A stretch of 64,000 nt of DNA from the NCBI GenBank assembly GCA_032718475.1, contig JAUCBJ010000576.1:1-64000 (forward strand). The letters are read 5' to 3'. Source of the stretch: Nemertoderma westbladi (taxonomy: Eukaryota > Animalia > Xenacoelomorpha). The notes under the pieces are model-generated. The model ran no database searches and was not told the origin of the DNA. It worked only from the letters and a program-made list of their open reading frames with translations. Position numbers and translations under genes: made by a program. Within the stretch, counting starts at the first letter, position 1, and each line of letters starts with the position of its first letter. Below are positions 22,375-32,804 of this stretch, one piece after another.

Positions 22375-25300
22375 TTATTTACTAGTATTAGGTGGAGATT
22401 TGTAGTCTCCAGACTCGTTACGAGTCTCTTCAAGAAGTACGAGACGTTGAGTCGGTCTGTCTACTGTACGACCGTCAATTGTCCGTACTGTCACAGTTCT
22501 TGTCACTCCATCCATAGATGGATGTGTGGCTAAAATTACACCTGTTATCCAGAAGCGTCTTTTTAGATTCACTTCCGCTAACAGCACGTGATCTCCCGGC
22601 TTTAATGCGCAGGTGTTATTGTACCAAGTTGTTCTGGCAGAAATAGAGGGCAAATAATGGTTTTGCCATATTTCCCAGAATTTGTTAGCCAGTAGTTGCG
22701 TGATTTTCCACGCTTTTCTACCGTAGCTATCGCTTTCTATTGGAATAGAAATAGGCGTCAAAGTGGTCGGTGCCTGCATTAGCAGGTGTGCCGGTGTCAA
22801 AGCAAACTGAGATTGTTTGTCATCGGGTACTAATACTATTGGTCTAGTATTTAGTATTGCCTCAATTTCAACAAACAGTGTTGTCAGTTGGTCGTCTGTC
22901 AATATGTGGTTTACTGGAATGACCTTTGCCATGGCTGTCTTTATAGATCTAATCAATCTCTCCCAGACTCCGCCTCTCCAAGGACTATCTGGAGGATTAA
23001 ACTTCCAAACAATCTTGTGAGGTTGTAGTTCGTTCGAGATTTGATCATGATCTAATTTCTTAAAGGCTCTAGCAATCTCATTCCGAGCACCAACAAAGTT
23101 TGTCCCTTGGTCTGAGTACAAGCATTTTACTAGTCCGCGTCTAGCGATAAATCGCCGCAATGCTAGTATAAACGCGTTGGTGGAAAGATCCATCACACGT
23201 TCAATATGGACTGCCCTACTGGACATACATGTGAAAATCAGTCCCCAGCGTTTTACTAGTATACGTCCACGTTTCGTATGTATGGGACCAAAGCAATCAA
23301 TTCCAGTCTCTGTAAAAGGTGGTCTGAATGCTTGAAGTCGTGCTTGTGGAAGTTCACTCATTTCTTGGGTACCTATTCTAGAGTGTACCTTTTTACAAAT
23401 AATACACGTACGTGTCACTGAACTTAACGCTTTACTGGGTCTAATTAATACAAATCTTGTACGTAAGTAGGAAAGACAGTGGTGTCTTCCAGCGTGTTTC
23501 AGATGTAAATGTGCGTCCAGTATCATTGCACGTTGTAGTTCGTGATGCTGTGGTATTATTATTGGGTATCTAAAGTTCGTATTAAAGTCAATGTTTTGAA
23601 GCCGAGATTTATGACAAATTAAGCCATTATAAATAATCGGACTCCAACTCAGTATTGGTGACGACTTGATTGGTTGACCTTGATTTATAGATGTGAATTC
23701 GCGTGCGAAATATCGCAGTTGGTAATGGCGAATTAATTTAATCTCACACCTGTCAATCTCAGCCAATGTAAGTCGACGTGTAAAGTCGCGTTTGCCTTTA
23801 ACGTATTGTACAAAACGTACAATCCACGCTAATTTTCGGCAAGCGTTCGTCAAAGAATCTGTTAAGTTTACAATACGGTCGACGTAAGTATTTGTGACGT
23901 CATCAGGTAAGTCAATGGAGAATTTGGAAGGTTTTGAATTACTAGAAGGGCCCACGGGTCTGCCGGTAAGTATTCCCTTGTTGACTGTTGATCCGTCCGG
24001 GTCTACAAGTAATTTGTCCTTCTTCGTCTTCTTACCTTGATTGTCAGTACTTTGTAAGTCGATCGTTAATGGTGGTTTGAACTCTATGGGGTCAGCAGGT
24101 TTCGGTAAACTTATTTTTCTGCCGACATTAATCCCAGGTCTCACCATAGGTTGCAAGTTCGGTATGTCTCTTGAGCGCAAAGTAACACCTGTATTCACAT
24201 TAGCGTAGGTACTACCCACATCTGTAATACATGAGGTTTCACCGTGCTTATGGTTGCTCAAGTGTGTCAAATTTGGTAGTTTGTCAATACAAGGCCGCTC
24301 CAATAGGGAAACTGCGGCTTTATTGTTTGTCAATATGTTACTAGTGTCTAGTAGAACATTTTGTGACATGTCTGGTAAAATGTTTCGCGGAACATCCGGC
24401 GAAATATCTAGTGACGTGTCTGGCAAAACGTCTGGTTGACCGTCTAGTAACGTGTCTGGCGATACGTCTGGTAACGTATCTGGTTGTTGGTCAATACAAG
24501 GCCGCTCCAATAGGGAAACTGCGGCTTTACTGTTTGTCAATATGTTACTAGTGTCTGGTAGAACATTTTGTGACATGTCTGGCAAAATGTCTGGTTGACC
24601 GTCTAGTAACGTGTCTGTTTGACCGTCTGGCGATATGTCTGGTGTAGAAAGGCTCGCAAGTCTTCCTCTCTTGACCTTTGAAGTTATATCCTTCCATTTC
24701 GCCTTCGGTTTTTTCTTGAGTTTTGCCGCCGTTGTCTTTTTCTTTGCCTTCCCCTTTTTTGGTTTCTTGATTTCGGCGTCCTTAGGGATAGTGTTAGACT
24801 TGTTGTCGTATAACGGAGGCCAATTTAGTGTTGGTCTTTGTAAGAATTGTGGTCCGTGCTGCCAAAATTCTTTGTTCTCCGGTTTACAGAATTCCTCAGG
24901 CATCATTCCTCGCGACGCAATATCAGCTGGGTTTTGTGGTCCGGGACAATGTCGCCAATCCTCTTTTATTGAACGGTCTAGAATTTCTGCGCGACGGTTA
25001 GCTACGAATGTCTTGAATTCAAGTGTGTCGTTGTTTATGTAAAATAAAACCAACGTCGCGTCAGTCCAATAAAATATCTGTAAACTTGACTGTAGTTCTG
25101 TCTGTATGAGGTTCACGATGGTGGTTGACAGTGTTGCGGCTTGTAGCTCAGGTCGTGGTGTCGTCATATACTTAGTAGGCATTGTTTTTGCCTTAGAAGT
25201 AATGAGCGAAACATCGAATTCTTCTGAGTCTACTTGTCTGCGCAAGTACGCTGCCACACCAAAGCCGTTGTCACTGGCGTCAGAAAAACAGTGTAATTCC

Positions 25301-25521
25301 AAGTTGTCAGGGAATGTTGTTTGTAATGGAAAGTAGACTCTGGGTATGGAATAATCCTCTAGCGAAGATAATTCTGCCTCCCAGGTCTTCCATAAGTCCA
25401 CTTGGTCTGATGAGATCGGCTCGTCCCATGTCAGTCCATCCTTCCAAATACTGCGCATATAAATGCGGGCTTGCAGTATAATTGGACTGATGAATCCTAA
25501 TGGATCGAACAATCGGCTCAA
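22375..25521 (-). CDS. pol: BEL-2 Pol, C-terminal part: RT end, RNase H, repetitive insert, integrase
   Basis: LFDPLG, LHCFSDAS, NPADIASRG, HHCC zinc finger, GIDCFGP, YSDQGTNF, GGVWERLI; joined to the upstream ORF across a frameshift near 25530. Confidence 0.93.
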   Translation of the reverse strand: MSRLFDPLGFISPIILQARIYMRSIWKDGLTWDEPISSDQVDLWKTWEAELSSLEDYSIPRVYFPLQTTFPDNLELHCFSDASDNGFGVAAYLRRQVDSEEFDVSLITSKAKTMPTKYMTTPRPELQAATLSTTIVNLIQTELQSSLQIFYWTDATLVLFYINNDTLEFKTFVANRRAEILDRSIKEDWRHCPGPQNPADIASRGMMPEEFCKPENKEFWQHGPQFLQRPTLNWPPLYDNKSNTIPKDAEIKKPKKGKAKKKTTAAKLKKKPKAKWKDITSKVKRGRLASLSTPDISPDGQTDTLLDGQPDILPDMSQNVLPDTSNILTNSKAAVSLLERPCIDQQPDTLPDVSPDTLLDGQPDVLPDTSLDISPDVPRNILPDMSQNVLLDTSNILTNNKAAVSLLERPCIDKLPNLTHLSNHKHGETSCITDVGSTYANVNTGVTLRSRDIPNLQPMVRPGINVGRKISLPKPADPIEFKPPLTIDLQSTDNQGKKTKKDKLLVDPDGSTVNKGILTGRPVGPSSNSKPSKFSIDLPDDVTNTYVDRIVNLTDSLTNACRKLAWIVRFVQYVKGKRDFTRRLTLAEIDRCEIKLIRHYQLRYFAREFTSINQGQPIKSSPILSWSPIIYNGLICHKSRLQNIDFNTNFRYPIIIPQHHELQRAMILDAHLHLKHAGRHHCLSYLRTRFVLIRPSKALSSVTRTCIICKKVHSRIGTQEMSELPQARLQAFRPPFTETGIDCFGPIHTKRGRILVKRWGLIFTCMSSRAVHIERVMDLSTNAFILALRRFIARRGLVKCLYSDQGTNFVGARNEIARAFKKLDHDQISNELQPHKIVWKFNPPDSPWRGGVWERLIRSIKTAMAKVIPVNHILTDDQLTTLFVEIEAILNTRPIVLVPDDKQSQFALTPAHLLMQAPTTLTPISIPIESDSYGRKAWKITQLLANKFWEIWQNHYLPSISARTTWYNNTCALKPGDHVLLAEVNLKRRFWITGVILATHPSMDGVTRTVTVRTIDGRTVDRPTQRLVLLEETRNESGDYKSPPNTSK

Positions 25522-28500
25522 TTTTGTGCATCTTTGTCAGTGTGTTTTCTTGACTGTCCAGTCTCACTTTCACTCGAAAGTTGTCCGTGTTTGGGTCCCA
25601 AAAGAGCCCCAACACCTTGGTTGTCGGTAGTGGTTCGAACTCTAGGTCTATGTCACCACCTCCACGCTCAGTCGTTCCGAATGAGTCTACTAATTCGGCA
25701 CTGTTTGAGGCGAATTTGGTGAGGTTAAAACCTCCGCCCGCTAAGCAGTCCCGTAATTGATGTGCTACTGTTGTAGCACGTTCTACTGTGTCGCAACTCT
25801 GTAAACCGTCGTCGACGTAAAAGTCACGCTCCACAATCCTAATTATCTCTGGGTCATACAGGTGTTTCTGATCCCTAGCGGCTTGTTTTAGGGCGTACAT
25901 CGTGCAGTTTGGGCTGTCCCTGGCACCGAAAACGCGAACTTGCATTTGGTAAGTCGCCGGTGGTAGACTTAAGTCTCCTTCCGGATACCAGAGGAACCTC
26001 AAACTGTCTCTGTCTCGCTCTAACGCTCTCACTTGGTGAAACATCGCTTCAACGTCGCAAGTAAAAGCTACTTGACGCTGACGGAAGCGCATAATCACCC
26101 ACATAAGATAATTATTCATGTTTGGTCCATCCATCAACTCGCTATTTAGGGACATTCCCTCAAACAGAGCCGCACAGTCATTGACTACACGTACTTTGTC
26201 TGGTTTGTCGGGGTGTCTCACAAAGTGATGTGGCAAGTAATATGTTTGGTCAGTCACTATCTCCGGGTTAGTCATTCGGATAGCGTATCCCTTAGTCAAA
26301 TACGTCTCCATCTGAGTGTTGTACTGCAGATGGGCTTTCTCGTCCTTTAATAGACGTTGCCGTATTGAGTGTAGACGTCTTAGAAGTGGATAGTTATTTA
26401 TGAGTTTAGGACTTTGGCTACGCCATAACATCCCTACCTCATAATGTCCGTCCTCCGTCTGTTGGATAGTATCTTCCATGATCTTCAGAGATTGTTTCTC
26501 CTGTTCCGACATACAAGGTTCGTAGCTACCAGGTTCAGCTGTATCTTGTTCTAACCACCTGATAGTCTTCTCCGTTAATTCTTTGTCCAGTGCAGCTTGT
26601 TCCATTTGATGATTTCTCAATGCGTCATCATCGATATCGATGGGCATTGTTGATGTCGTTGGGGTAGGTAGACTCGCAAGCCTTCCGGCGTTATCATCTG
26701 TCGTCGATGGAATCTCTAGCTGACTCGTCTTCTCCCCAAGTTCTAAATTCCGCTGGTGGATTAGCTGCTCCTTGTGACTTATCATACTAGTCACACGTCT
26801 GTCATGTCTTGTATGTAAGGTAGTATGGTTCACGTCGTGTGAGAAGGAATGAATTGAATTTGTAGTTAATAAACTACATGTACTTTGTACATCGTCTTCC
26901 TCGTCACTTACGTCTAGTGTGCGCACAGGCGCACGAGTATACCACCCTATCGGCGTTCTGCAGGCGTATGCGTTTCCCGCTACGACTGCCGATGGTCTGG
27001 TTTCCCACACTTGGTGTAGGTTGAATTGGTCTGTCCCGATCAGCATGGCTACCGATCTATAATTGACAGGACATTCGGGTACACCAAGGTGTCTGAAATA
27101 CTTACGGTCCTCCAAGGATTGTTCTGGGACCGGACCTAGTAGGTTACTAAAGTCTTTGGTGGCCGCAAAGGTCAAATCCTTGAAGGGTAACAAAGACCTC
27201 TCCCTCTCGCTGTGTTGCGATTTCGGAAGAAGAGAGTCTAAGTTTAACTTGACTCGTGTCACTGGTATTGCACGCTGTCCGTGCATACTACTTACGGTAT
27301 AACTGACGCGCTTACCTTGTCTGAGATCCGTCACGACGTCAGCTATCTTTTCATCCACGTAGCTGTGAGATGAGGCTGAATCTAGAATAGCGTAGATTCT
27401 CTTACTCCCCTTTGTGCCAGTAATCTTAATCGGAATTACACTGAATCCCTTTAGTTGGTCAGTAGTCAGAAGCGCGATCGATGGCTGTTCATCTCCATCC
27501 GAATATACGTCGTTGTCTTCTGACTCTTCGTCCGACGATCCGGATTGTTCTGAGAAGCAATCCTCAATATGGGTCACGAAGGTCGGAGTCGTTTTCGATT
27601 CTCGTTTTCTGTAGGCTGCATCACATCTCGCTGCTGCTTCCGGGTGTTCCCTGGCGAAGCGTTTTGTCGGTGTGTGGCTGTCTGTGTGGAGCAGACCGTC
27701 GTGTTTGCGTCCACAGGATGGACAAGTGTCGGTATTTGGGCAATCTTTACGGACGTGTCCGTGTCGCGTACACTGCCAACAAGAGTCCAATGGCCGTATC
27801 TGCAGCCGTCGTTCTTCCGAGTTTAACTCGCGAAACTGTCGACAACCTCGCAACTTGTGACCGATATACCGCTTGCCTAAATGCTCGCAGTATTGGCAGC
27901 CGCTGAAGTCAGTACTGAGTTGTTGTCTCATCTGTTTTGTCCCAATGGGCGCAGATACCCTACTACCGTCCGAGAATTGTCGTGATTCCGTCGGTGTGGC
28001 GTAAGTGGCCGTCTTGGTGGATGTTGTCTGGGGTTTTTGTCGGTTGGAGGATGGCAAGGTGATCCCTTCTGCTACGATGTGCTGGTCAGTGTAGTTGGAT
28101 CGAGTTTCTACAACTGCTTCCCTGGATATCAAAAGGTACACATCCTCTAGTTTTAAGAATCCACCCCGCTCTTCTCGCTGGTATTCGATCTTTCTCCACT
28201 CCCGACGAAGTCGATGGTGGAGTCGTCCTATGATCTTTAATAGGACTGTAGGGGTATTCCCGTAGTCAAGTTGTCCAATGGATCTTAAAGTAGTGATAGC
28301 GTTCTTTATATCGTCGGCCAGTTTTAATAAGTCGACGGGTTTAGTAATAGCCCCTCCCTTACAGAGTTCCTCTATTACTGACCTGGCCATACTGACTGTA
28401 CCTCCATATATCGAAGTTAAATGATCGTACGCTAGTTCGAAGGCGTCCGGTACACCAACGAAGGTCTCTGCCAAACGTTTAGGTTCTCCTGACAACGTTT

Positions 28501-29386
28501 GAAGCAGGTAATTAAACTTCTCCCGTGATGTAAAGGCGCACACGGTGATCTGAGATTCGATATAGTCTACGAAAGTGTGCCAGTGTTTTGAGCTACCGGA
28601 AAACTTAGGTGGTTGTTGCACCGGCAATCCCTGTCTGGCTGCGAATTTCGCTATCTCCTCGGCAACGTTCAGAGTTTCGCGTCCTTGGTTGGTACACTGG
28701 TTGATATCCCTTCTTGGCGCTTTTCCCTGATACGATGGGTGTTTTGAAGGTACCGGTCCTTGTGGTTCCTTCGGGTGTCTATTGTGTTCGAATTCAGTGT
28801 TCCTCGAACTATCGGTTTGAACTTCCTCCAGACGCTCCTCGATCTGAGCCAACTTGTTAACAACTGGTCGCAGGATGTCGGCGAACTGTTGTGTACTGAT
28901 TGCGTCCGTTGGTTGTAACGCCTTCTGTGTTGGTGTATTCTGTGGAGGATTGTCTACAAAGGAGTTGTCTGAACGCTCGCGTTTATATTCATCGGCCGCC
29001 CCTGTTCTAAATACCTCGCGTTTCGGGTAATCCGATTCGCTCGAAGTACTACTATCATCTGGATATGGTGGTCGACGTGCTCGCGTCCGTTGTGTCGTAC
29101 AAATTCTCACGTTTCGTTTCGGAACATCGTCCACTGATCTCCGTTGTTCGGTAGGCTCACAAGTCTTCCTCGAAGTCGTAGATTGCGATGTAAACTGGTT
29201 GAACGGTCGCGTATCCACTAGTCTCCGTTGTTCGGTAGGCTCACAAGTCTTCCTCGAAGTCGTAGATTGCGATGTAAACTGGTTCGGTGGTCGAGTAACA
29301 GCGTTTGAATCCAAAGGCCTTGTTGGCCTAAACGTCATTGGGTAAGCGTAGTGTGTAACAGGTTTTGGCGTCAGATGTGGACTCAC
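25307..29386 (-). CDS. BEL-2 Gag (capsid, knuckles), protease and RT
   Basis: PPKFSGSSKHW, knuckles CQYC/CWQC/CPSC, protease ILDSAS, RT YYLPHH, DVEAMFHQV, FYVDD. Confidence 0.93.
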   Translation of the reverse strand: MSPHLTPKPVTHYAYPMTFRPTRPLDSNAVTRPPNQFTSQSTTSRKTCEPTEQRRLVDTRPFNQFTSQSTTSRKTCEPTEQRRSVDDVPKRNVRICTTQRTRARRPPYPDDSSTSSESDYPKREVFRTGAADEYKRERSDNSFVDNPPQNTPTQKALQPTDAISTQQFADILRPVVNKLAQIEERLEEVQTDSSRNTEFEHNRHPKEPQGPVPSKHPSYQGKAPRRDINQCTNQGRETLNVAEEIAKFAARQGLPVQQPPKFSGSSKHWHTFVDYIESQITVCAFTSREKFNYLLQTLSGEPKRLAETFVGVPDAFELAYDHLTSIYGGTVSMARSVIEELCKGGAITKPVDLLKLADDIKNAITTLRSIGQLDYGNTPTVLLKIIGRLHHRLRREWRKIEYQREERGGFLKLEDVYLLISREAVVETRSNYTDQHIVAEGITLPSSNRQKPQTTSTKTATYATPTESRQFSDGSRVSAPIGTKQMRQQLSTDFSGCQYCEHLGKRYIGHKLRGCRQFRELNSEERRLQIRPLDSCWQCTRHGHVRKDCPNTDTCPSCGRKHDGLLHTDSHTPTKRFAREHPEAAARCDAAYRKRESKTTPTFVTHIEDCFSEQSGSSDEESEDNDVYSDGDEQPSIALLTTDQLKGFSVIPIKITGTKGSKRIYAILDSASSHSYVDEKIADVVTDLRQGKRVSYTVSSMHGQRAIPVTRVKLNLDSLLPKSQHSERERSLLPFKDLTFAATKDFSNLLGPVPEQSLEDRKYFRHLGVPECPVNYRSVAMLIGTDQFNLHQVWETRPSAVVAGNAYACRTPIGWYTRAPVRTLDVSDEEDDVQSTCSLLTTNSIHSFSHDVNHTTLHTRHDRRVTSMISHKEQLIHQRNLELGEKTSQLEIPSTTDDNAGRLASLPTPTTSTMPIDIDDDALRNHQMEQAALDKELTEKTIRWLEQDTAEPGSYEPCMSEQEKQSLKIMEDTIQQTEDGHYEVGMLWRSQSPKLINNYPLLRRLHSIRQRLLKDEKAHLQYNTQMETYLTKGYAIRMTNPEIVTDQTYYLPHHFVRHPDKPDKVRVVNDCAALFEGMSLNSELMDGPNMNNYLMWVIMRFRQRQVAFTCDVEAMFHQVRALERDRDSLRFLWYPEGDLSLPPATYQMQVRVFGARDSPNCTMYALKQAARDQKHLYDPEIIRIVERDFYVDDGLQSCDTVERATTVAHQLRDCLAGGGFNLTKFASNSAELVDSFGTTERGGGDIDLEFEPLPTTKVLGLFWDPNTDNFRVKVRLDSQENTLTKMHKIEPIVRSIRIHQSNYTASPHLYAQYLEGWTDMGRADLIRPSGLMEDLGGRIIFARGLFHTQSLLSITNNIP

Positions 29387-29426
29387 CTGTTTTGTCGTCA
29401 GTAGTGCAGGTCCGACTAATAAACTA

Positions 29427-30767
29427 CTACGATCTGTAATCGGCTAATTCTCTCGCCTTCTTCCCGAGTTCGAAATGAAGTTTAACTTCCTTCTCGCGTT
29501 GTTCCGTCTGTTGTTGTTGCGCCTCGAGCTCCGCTTGTCTTATCGCTGATTGAGCCTTTATTTGCCGTTTTTTCATTTCAGCTCTTGCTTCCGAAACTCG
29601 CTTATGTTCTTCCAACTCTGCTGCTCGTCGCTCTAGTTCCGCTGCTGCTGCTCGTCGCTCTAGTTCCGCTGCTGCTGCTTGTCGCTCTAGTTCCGCTGCT
29701 GCTGCTCGTCGCTCTAGTTCCACTGCTGCTGCTTGTCGCTCTAATTCAGCTGCTGCCGCTTGTTGCGCTAACTCAGCTGCCGCTGTTCGCTGTGCTATTT
29801 CTAGCTCCAACCTTTCCATCTCAGCCGCTTCCAACTCGGCTTGTTCTTGCAGATGAGAGATTCTTGCAACATTCGCAACGCGTAGTTTCTCTTCCTGCAC
29901 GGCTGCCTGTGCCGTCAACAGTTGAGCTTGTTCCTCCACTTCCCGTTGTTGTCTATCATGCTGTTGTTGCTGTCTGGAAATTTCTGACGTCACTATACTT
30001 ATCTCGCCAATTTCGCTGCGAATACTCACTAACGATTGGTCCAGTATTCCCGGTGCCGATTCAATTCGTACGGGTGAAATTTCCCTCGTATATTCCGGCA
30101 CGGTTTCCAAATCGCCAACGTCTTCGCCGCACATACGTAAGTGGTCCGTCAGATGTTTCAATTGTCCATCTAGTCGGTACAGTTCCTGTTCTTCCTCGGG
30201 TTGCAATAATTCGTCCGAAACTGACTCGCCTAACAACTGGTCCGCTTGTTCCTGTTGTATTTGCCTAATTGTCGACTTAAACTGAATCAGTTTCTCTCTA
30301 GCGATCATTAGTTTCTCAAGGATTCTAAGTTGAGTATCCATGTCCTGTCTCTGTCTAGCTAGATCTTGTAGACCAATTAGGTTAGCTACGGACTTGTGTA
30401 CTCTAGTTTGTACTCTAACCTGGAGGGTGTAGAACTCGAATCGAGACATCGGAGCGGTCAACTCGTCTAATATGCGTTGGCCTTCCCCAATACTCCTGGT
30501 TATATGTGCCATATATCCACCGACGCTTCTAACCACACTCTCCTGGCTTCCTGCTGAACTTACCATGTCCGTTTCCCTATATCTAGGTTGCGGAACAGTT
30601 AGAAAGTCCTCGGTCCTGCCGTCACCTCGTACTACGGCATCCGGTACTCCTGTTGGATGTACTGGTGACGCACACGGTGTAGGTTCGGTAGGCTCGCGAG
30701 TCTTCCCCTGTTGTTCTTCCGCTGCTGACTTCGCTTTCGTCCTTCTGGGCTCCTCCCGGAGGCGCAC
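29427..30767 (-). CDS. BEL-2 Gag N-terminal coiled-coil part, separated from the rest by a frameshift near 29430
   Basis: E/Q/A/R-rich helical protein with 9-aa AAAAELERR repeats; the downstream frame is already open across the TAG TAG stops. Confidence 0.8.
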   Translation of the reverse strand: MRLREEPRRTKAKSAAEEQQGKTREPTEPTPCASPVHPTGVPDAVVRGDGRTEDFLTVPQPRYRETDMVSSAGSQESVVRSVGGYMAHITRSIGEGQRILDELTAPMSRFEFYTLQVRVQTRVHKSVANLIGLQDLARQRQDMDTQLRILEKLMIAREKLIQFKSTIRQIQQEQADQLLGESVSDELLQPEEEQELYRLDGQLKHLTDHLRMCGEDVGDLETVPEYTREISPVRIESAPGILDQSLVSIRSEIGEISIVTSEISRQQQQHDRQQREVEEQAQLLTAQAAVQEEKLRVANVARISHLQEQAELEAAEMERLELEIAQRTAAAELAQQAAAAELERQAAAVELERRAAAAELERQAAAAELERRAAAAELERRAAELEEHKRVSEARAEMKKRQIKAQSAIRQAELEAQQQQTEQREKEVKLHFELGKKARELADYRS

Positions 30768-32793
30768 CCACGAGGCGGACGTGTTTCCACCACCCCTGGG
30801 GCCAGTCCGACAGATGTTATTATCAGACCGGGCCGGAGGGTGGCCTGATGCTTCCCGGGTTCTGTTTTCGGTCCCCCGATCACACCAGCACAGCTCGTCG
30901 AACGTGTAGCCAGATGGGCGGCTACTGTCAACTTACTGTGGCCTGACTGTACATTGAGCCAACTCAAAGTATAACAAAGAGTCAACCGGCAGGTGGACCA
31001 GTCGATAGCGATCGAGCACCAAGGTCACCCTTGGGCCTAACCGACGGTCTTGTCCCATGTGGGCTTGCGCTACCCAACATGGAATATTGACACGTTTTCA
31101 CCTGCCTCGCCGGCAGTATTGAGGGGAAGTAAGTTCCACAAACAATACTGACTAGCTCGAAAGCTAGAAACAAGTAACCACTTACCCGTCCTGTACACGT
31201 GTACTCAACAGATGTTCACAATATCAAGTACACTACGGTAAACACAAAATCTGACACATACCATGCACACACAGAGGACATAATCGGGAAAGACTAAATC
31301 AAGAAAGACAAAATCGGAGGGGACAAAATTGTATCGACCATTACCAAGTCGAGAGTACCTTATTTTACCGACAAGGTAAAATAACTTATGTGTACAAAGC
31401 ATGCTGGGGTGCAGTAAAGTATGGTCCTACTAATACCAGCAGCGTCTTGACCAACTGGCAAGGGTTCCCATACCCACTCGCAGTGGCCACACATACAATC
31501 ACGTGTACTCACGTACCCACAGCAACAGAAAACTCAAGACCCGACGGTTTATTCCAATGCCACCAAAGACCAAGTCAGCTGAACATGGAGACAATAACAT
31601 ATAGTATCAAAAAAAAACGGAACAGCTGACGGTCAATGGAACCATCCAAGCCCCAAGCAAACTGCCACTGATCGCCCACATACAAAACATAGTCCACGCC
31701 ACATGAGCCACAAATCACACCATGCCACCACCCCTACTGTGTACAGGACTGGCAGTACGGCAACAGGCCGACTAGACGGTACCACGGCACCATGGCAATT
31801 CATGGTTCGTTAGACACGAGGGCCTTCAGTATCTCCCTTGCACTTATGTGACAATTTAACGTGCCCCCGGACCCTCACGAGTCTGCTGCCGCCTGCTGCG
31901 GACACCCCTATAGAGACCTCATCTCTTTAGGTATCCGCGTCACACGAGTCATAGTCGGTAGGTGTGTTCTTCGTATAGTCTTGTTTGTCACTCATTTCGG
32001 TAGTTGTAAGTCAAGTAAAGTGAGTGTCAAAGTATCGAGTTTACCGTATTTATATCTAAACGGTACTAATTACAGTCATATAAAATTAGCCTACCGGCCG
32101 ATTTTATAGCAGATAGATAAAATTAGCCTAAACGGCCAATTTTACAGCAAATAAATGTGACGGAATAAGTATATAATAAAATTAGCCTAGCGGCCAATTT
32201 TATAACAAATAAATCGGATAACGATATGCGTTATCAAAAAGTAAATTAAATACAATAATACGGACTAATTCAGCAATGAACAAAGAAATCATACGGAATG
32301 CATAAATACTTGAGACAGTGGAACCCACAATAATTTTAACTAATACGGTAATGCCTAACTTATTTATGCAACTTTTCGAACTCACCCACTCCAATAATTC
32401 TACAGAAAAACAGATTCCCAGATACAAACCGGACGTGAACCTTTCCGTTTCCAGCGTTGCGGACGAAGCGCGATTTTCCCAACCAAAGTTGTTGGGTTAT
32501 CTATCTCCCAAACTTGCTAAACACGGTCTTGCTCCCGTTACAGTCTAGAAATGAGTTCTGAATCCTGAAAAACAAAAGAGTTAGGTTTTACTTTACGAAA
32601 AATTTTGTACCGGTACAATATGGTATTTAAACCCTTTTAAACACCGGTATTCAATTCCAAAAATATTTTACACGCGGTTCAAATCAAATTTTATTTCAAA
32701 AAATTAGCACTTAGCTAATCAAATATAAATTTTTACCTCAAAATACAAAATTTTCAAATAACTTTAGTCCTACCGAACCGTAGTTCAGTAAAA

Positions 32794-32804
32794 CATATTC
32801 CTAC
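32794..32804 (-). promoter_or_regulatory. BEL-2 primer-binding-site position: GTAGGAATATG (not a tRNA-CCA complement)
   Basis: Directly abuts the 5' LTR; lacks TGG; exact complement of LTR positions 33843-33833 on the sense strand. Confidence 0.6.

Noticed and set aside
29585-30268. 227-aa hydrophobic plus-strand ORF (LLLVALVP repeats)
   Set aside because: Antisense reading of the 27-bp coiled-coil repeat in gag
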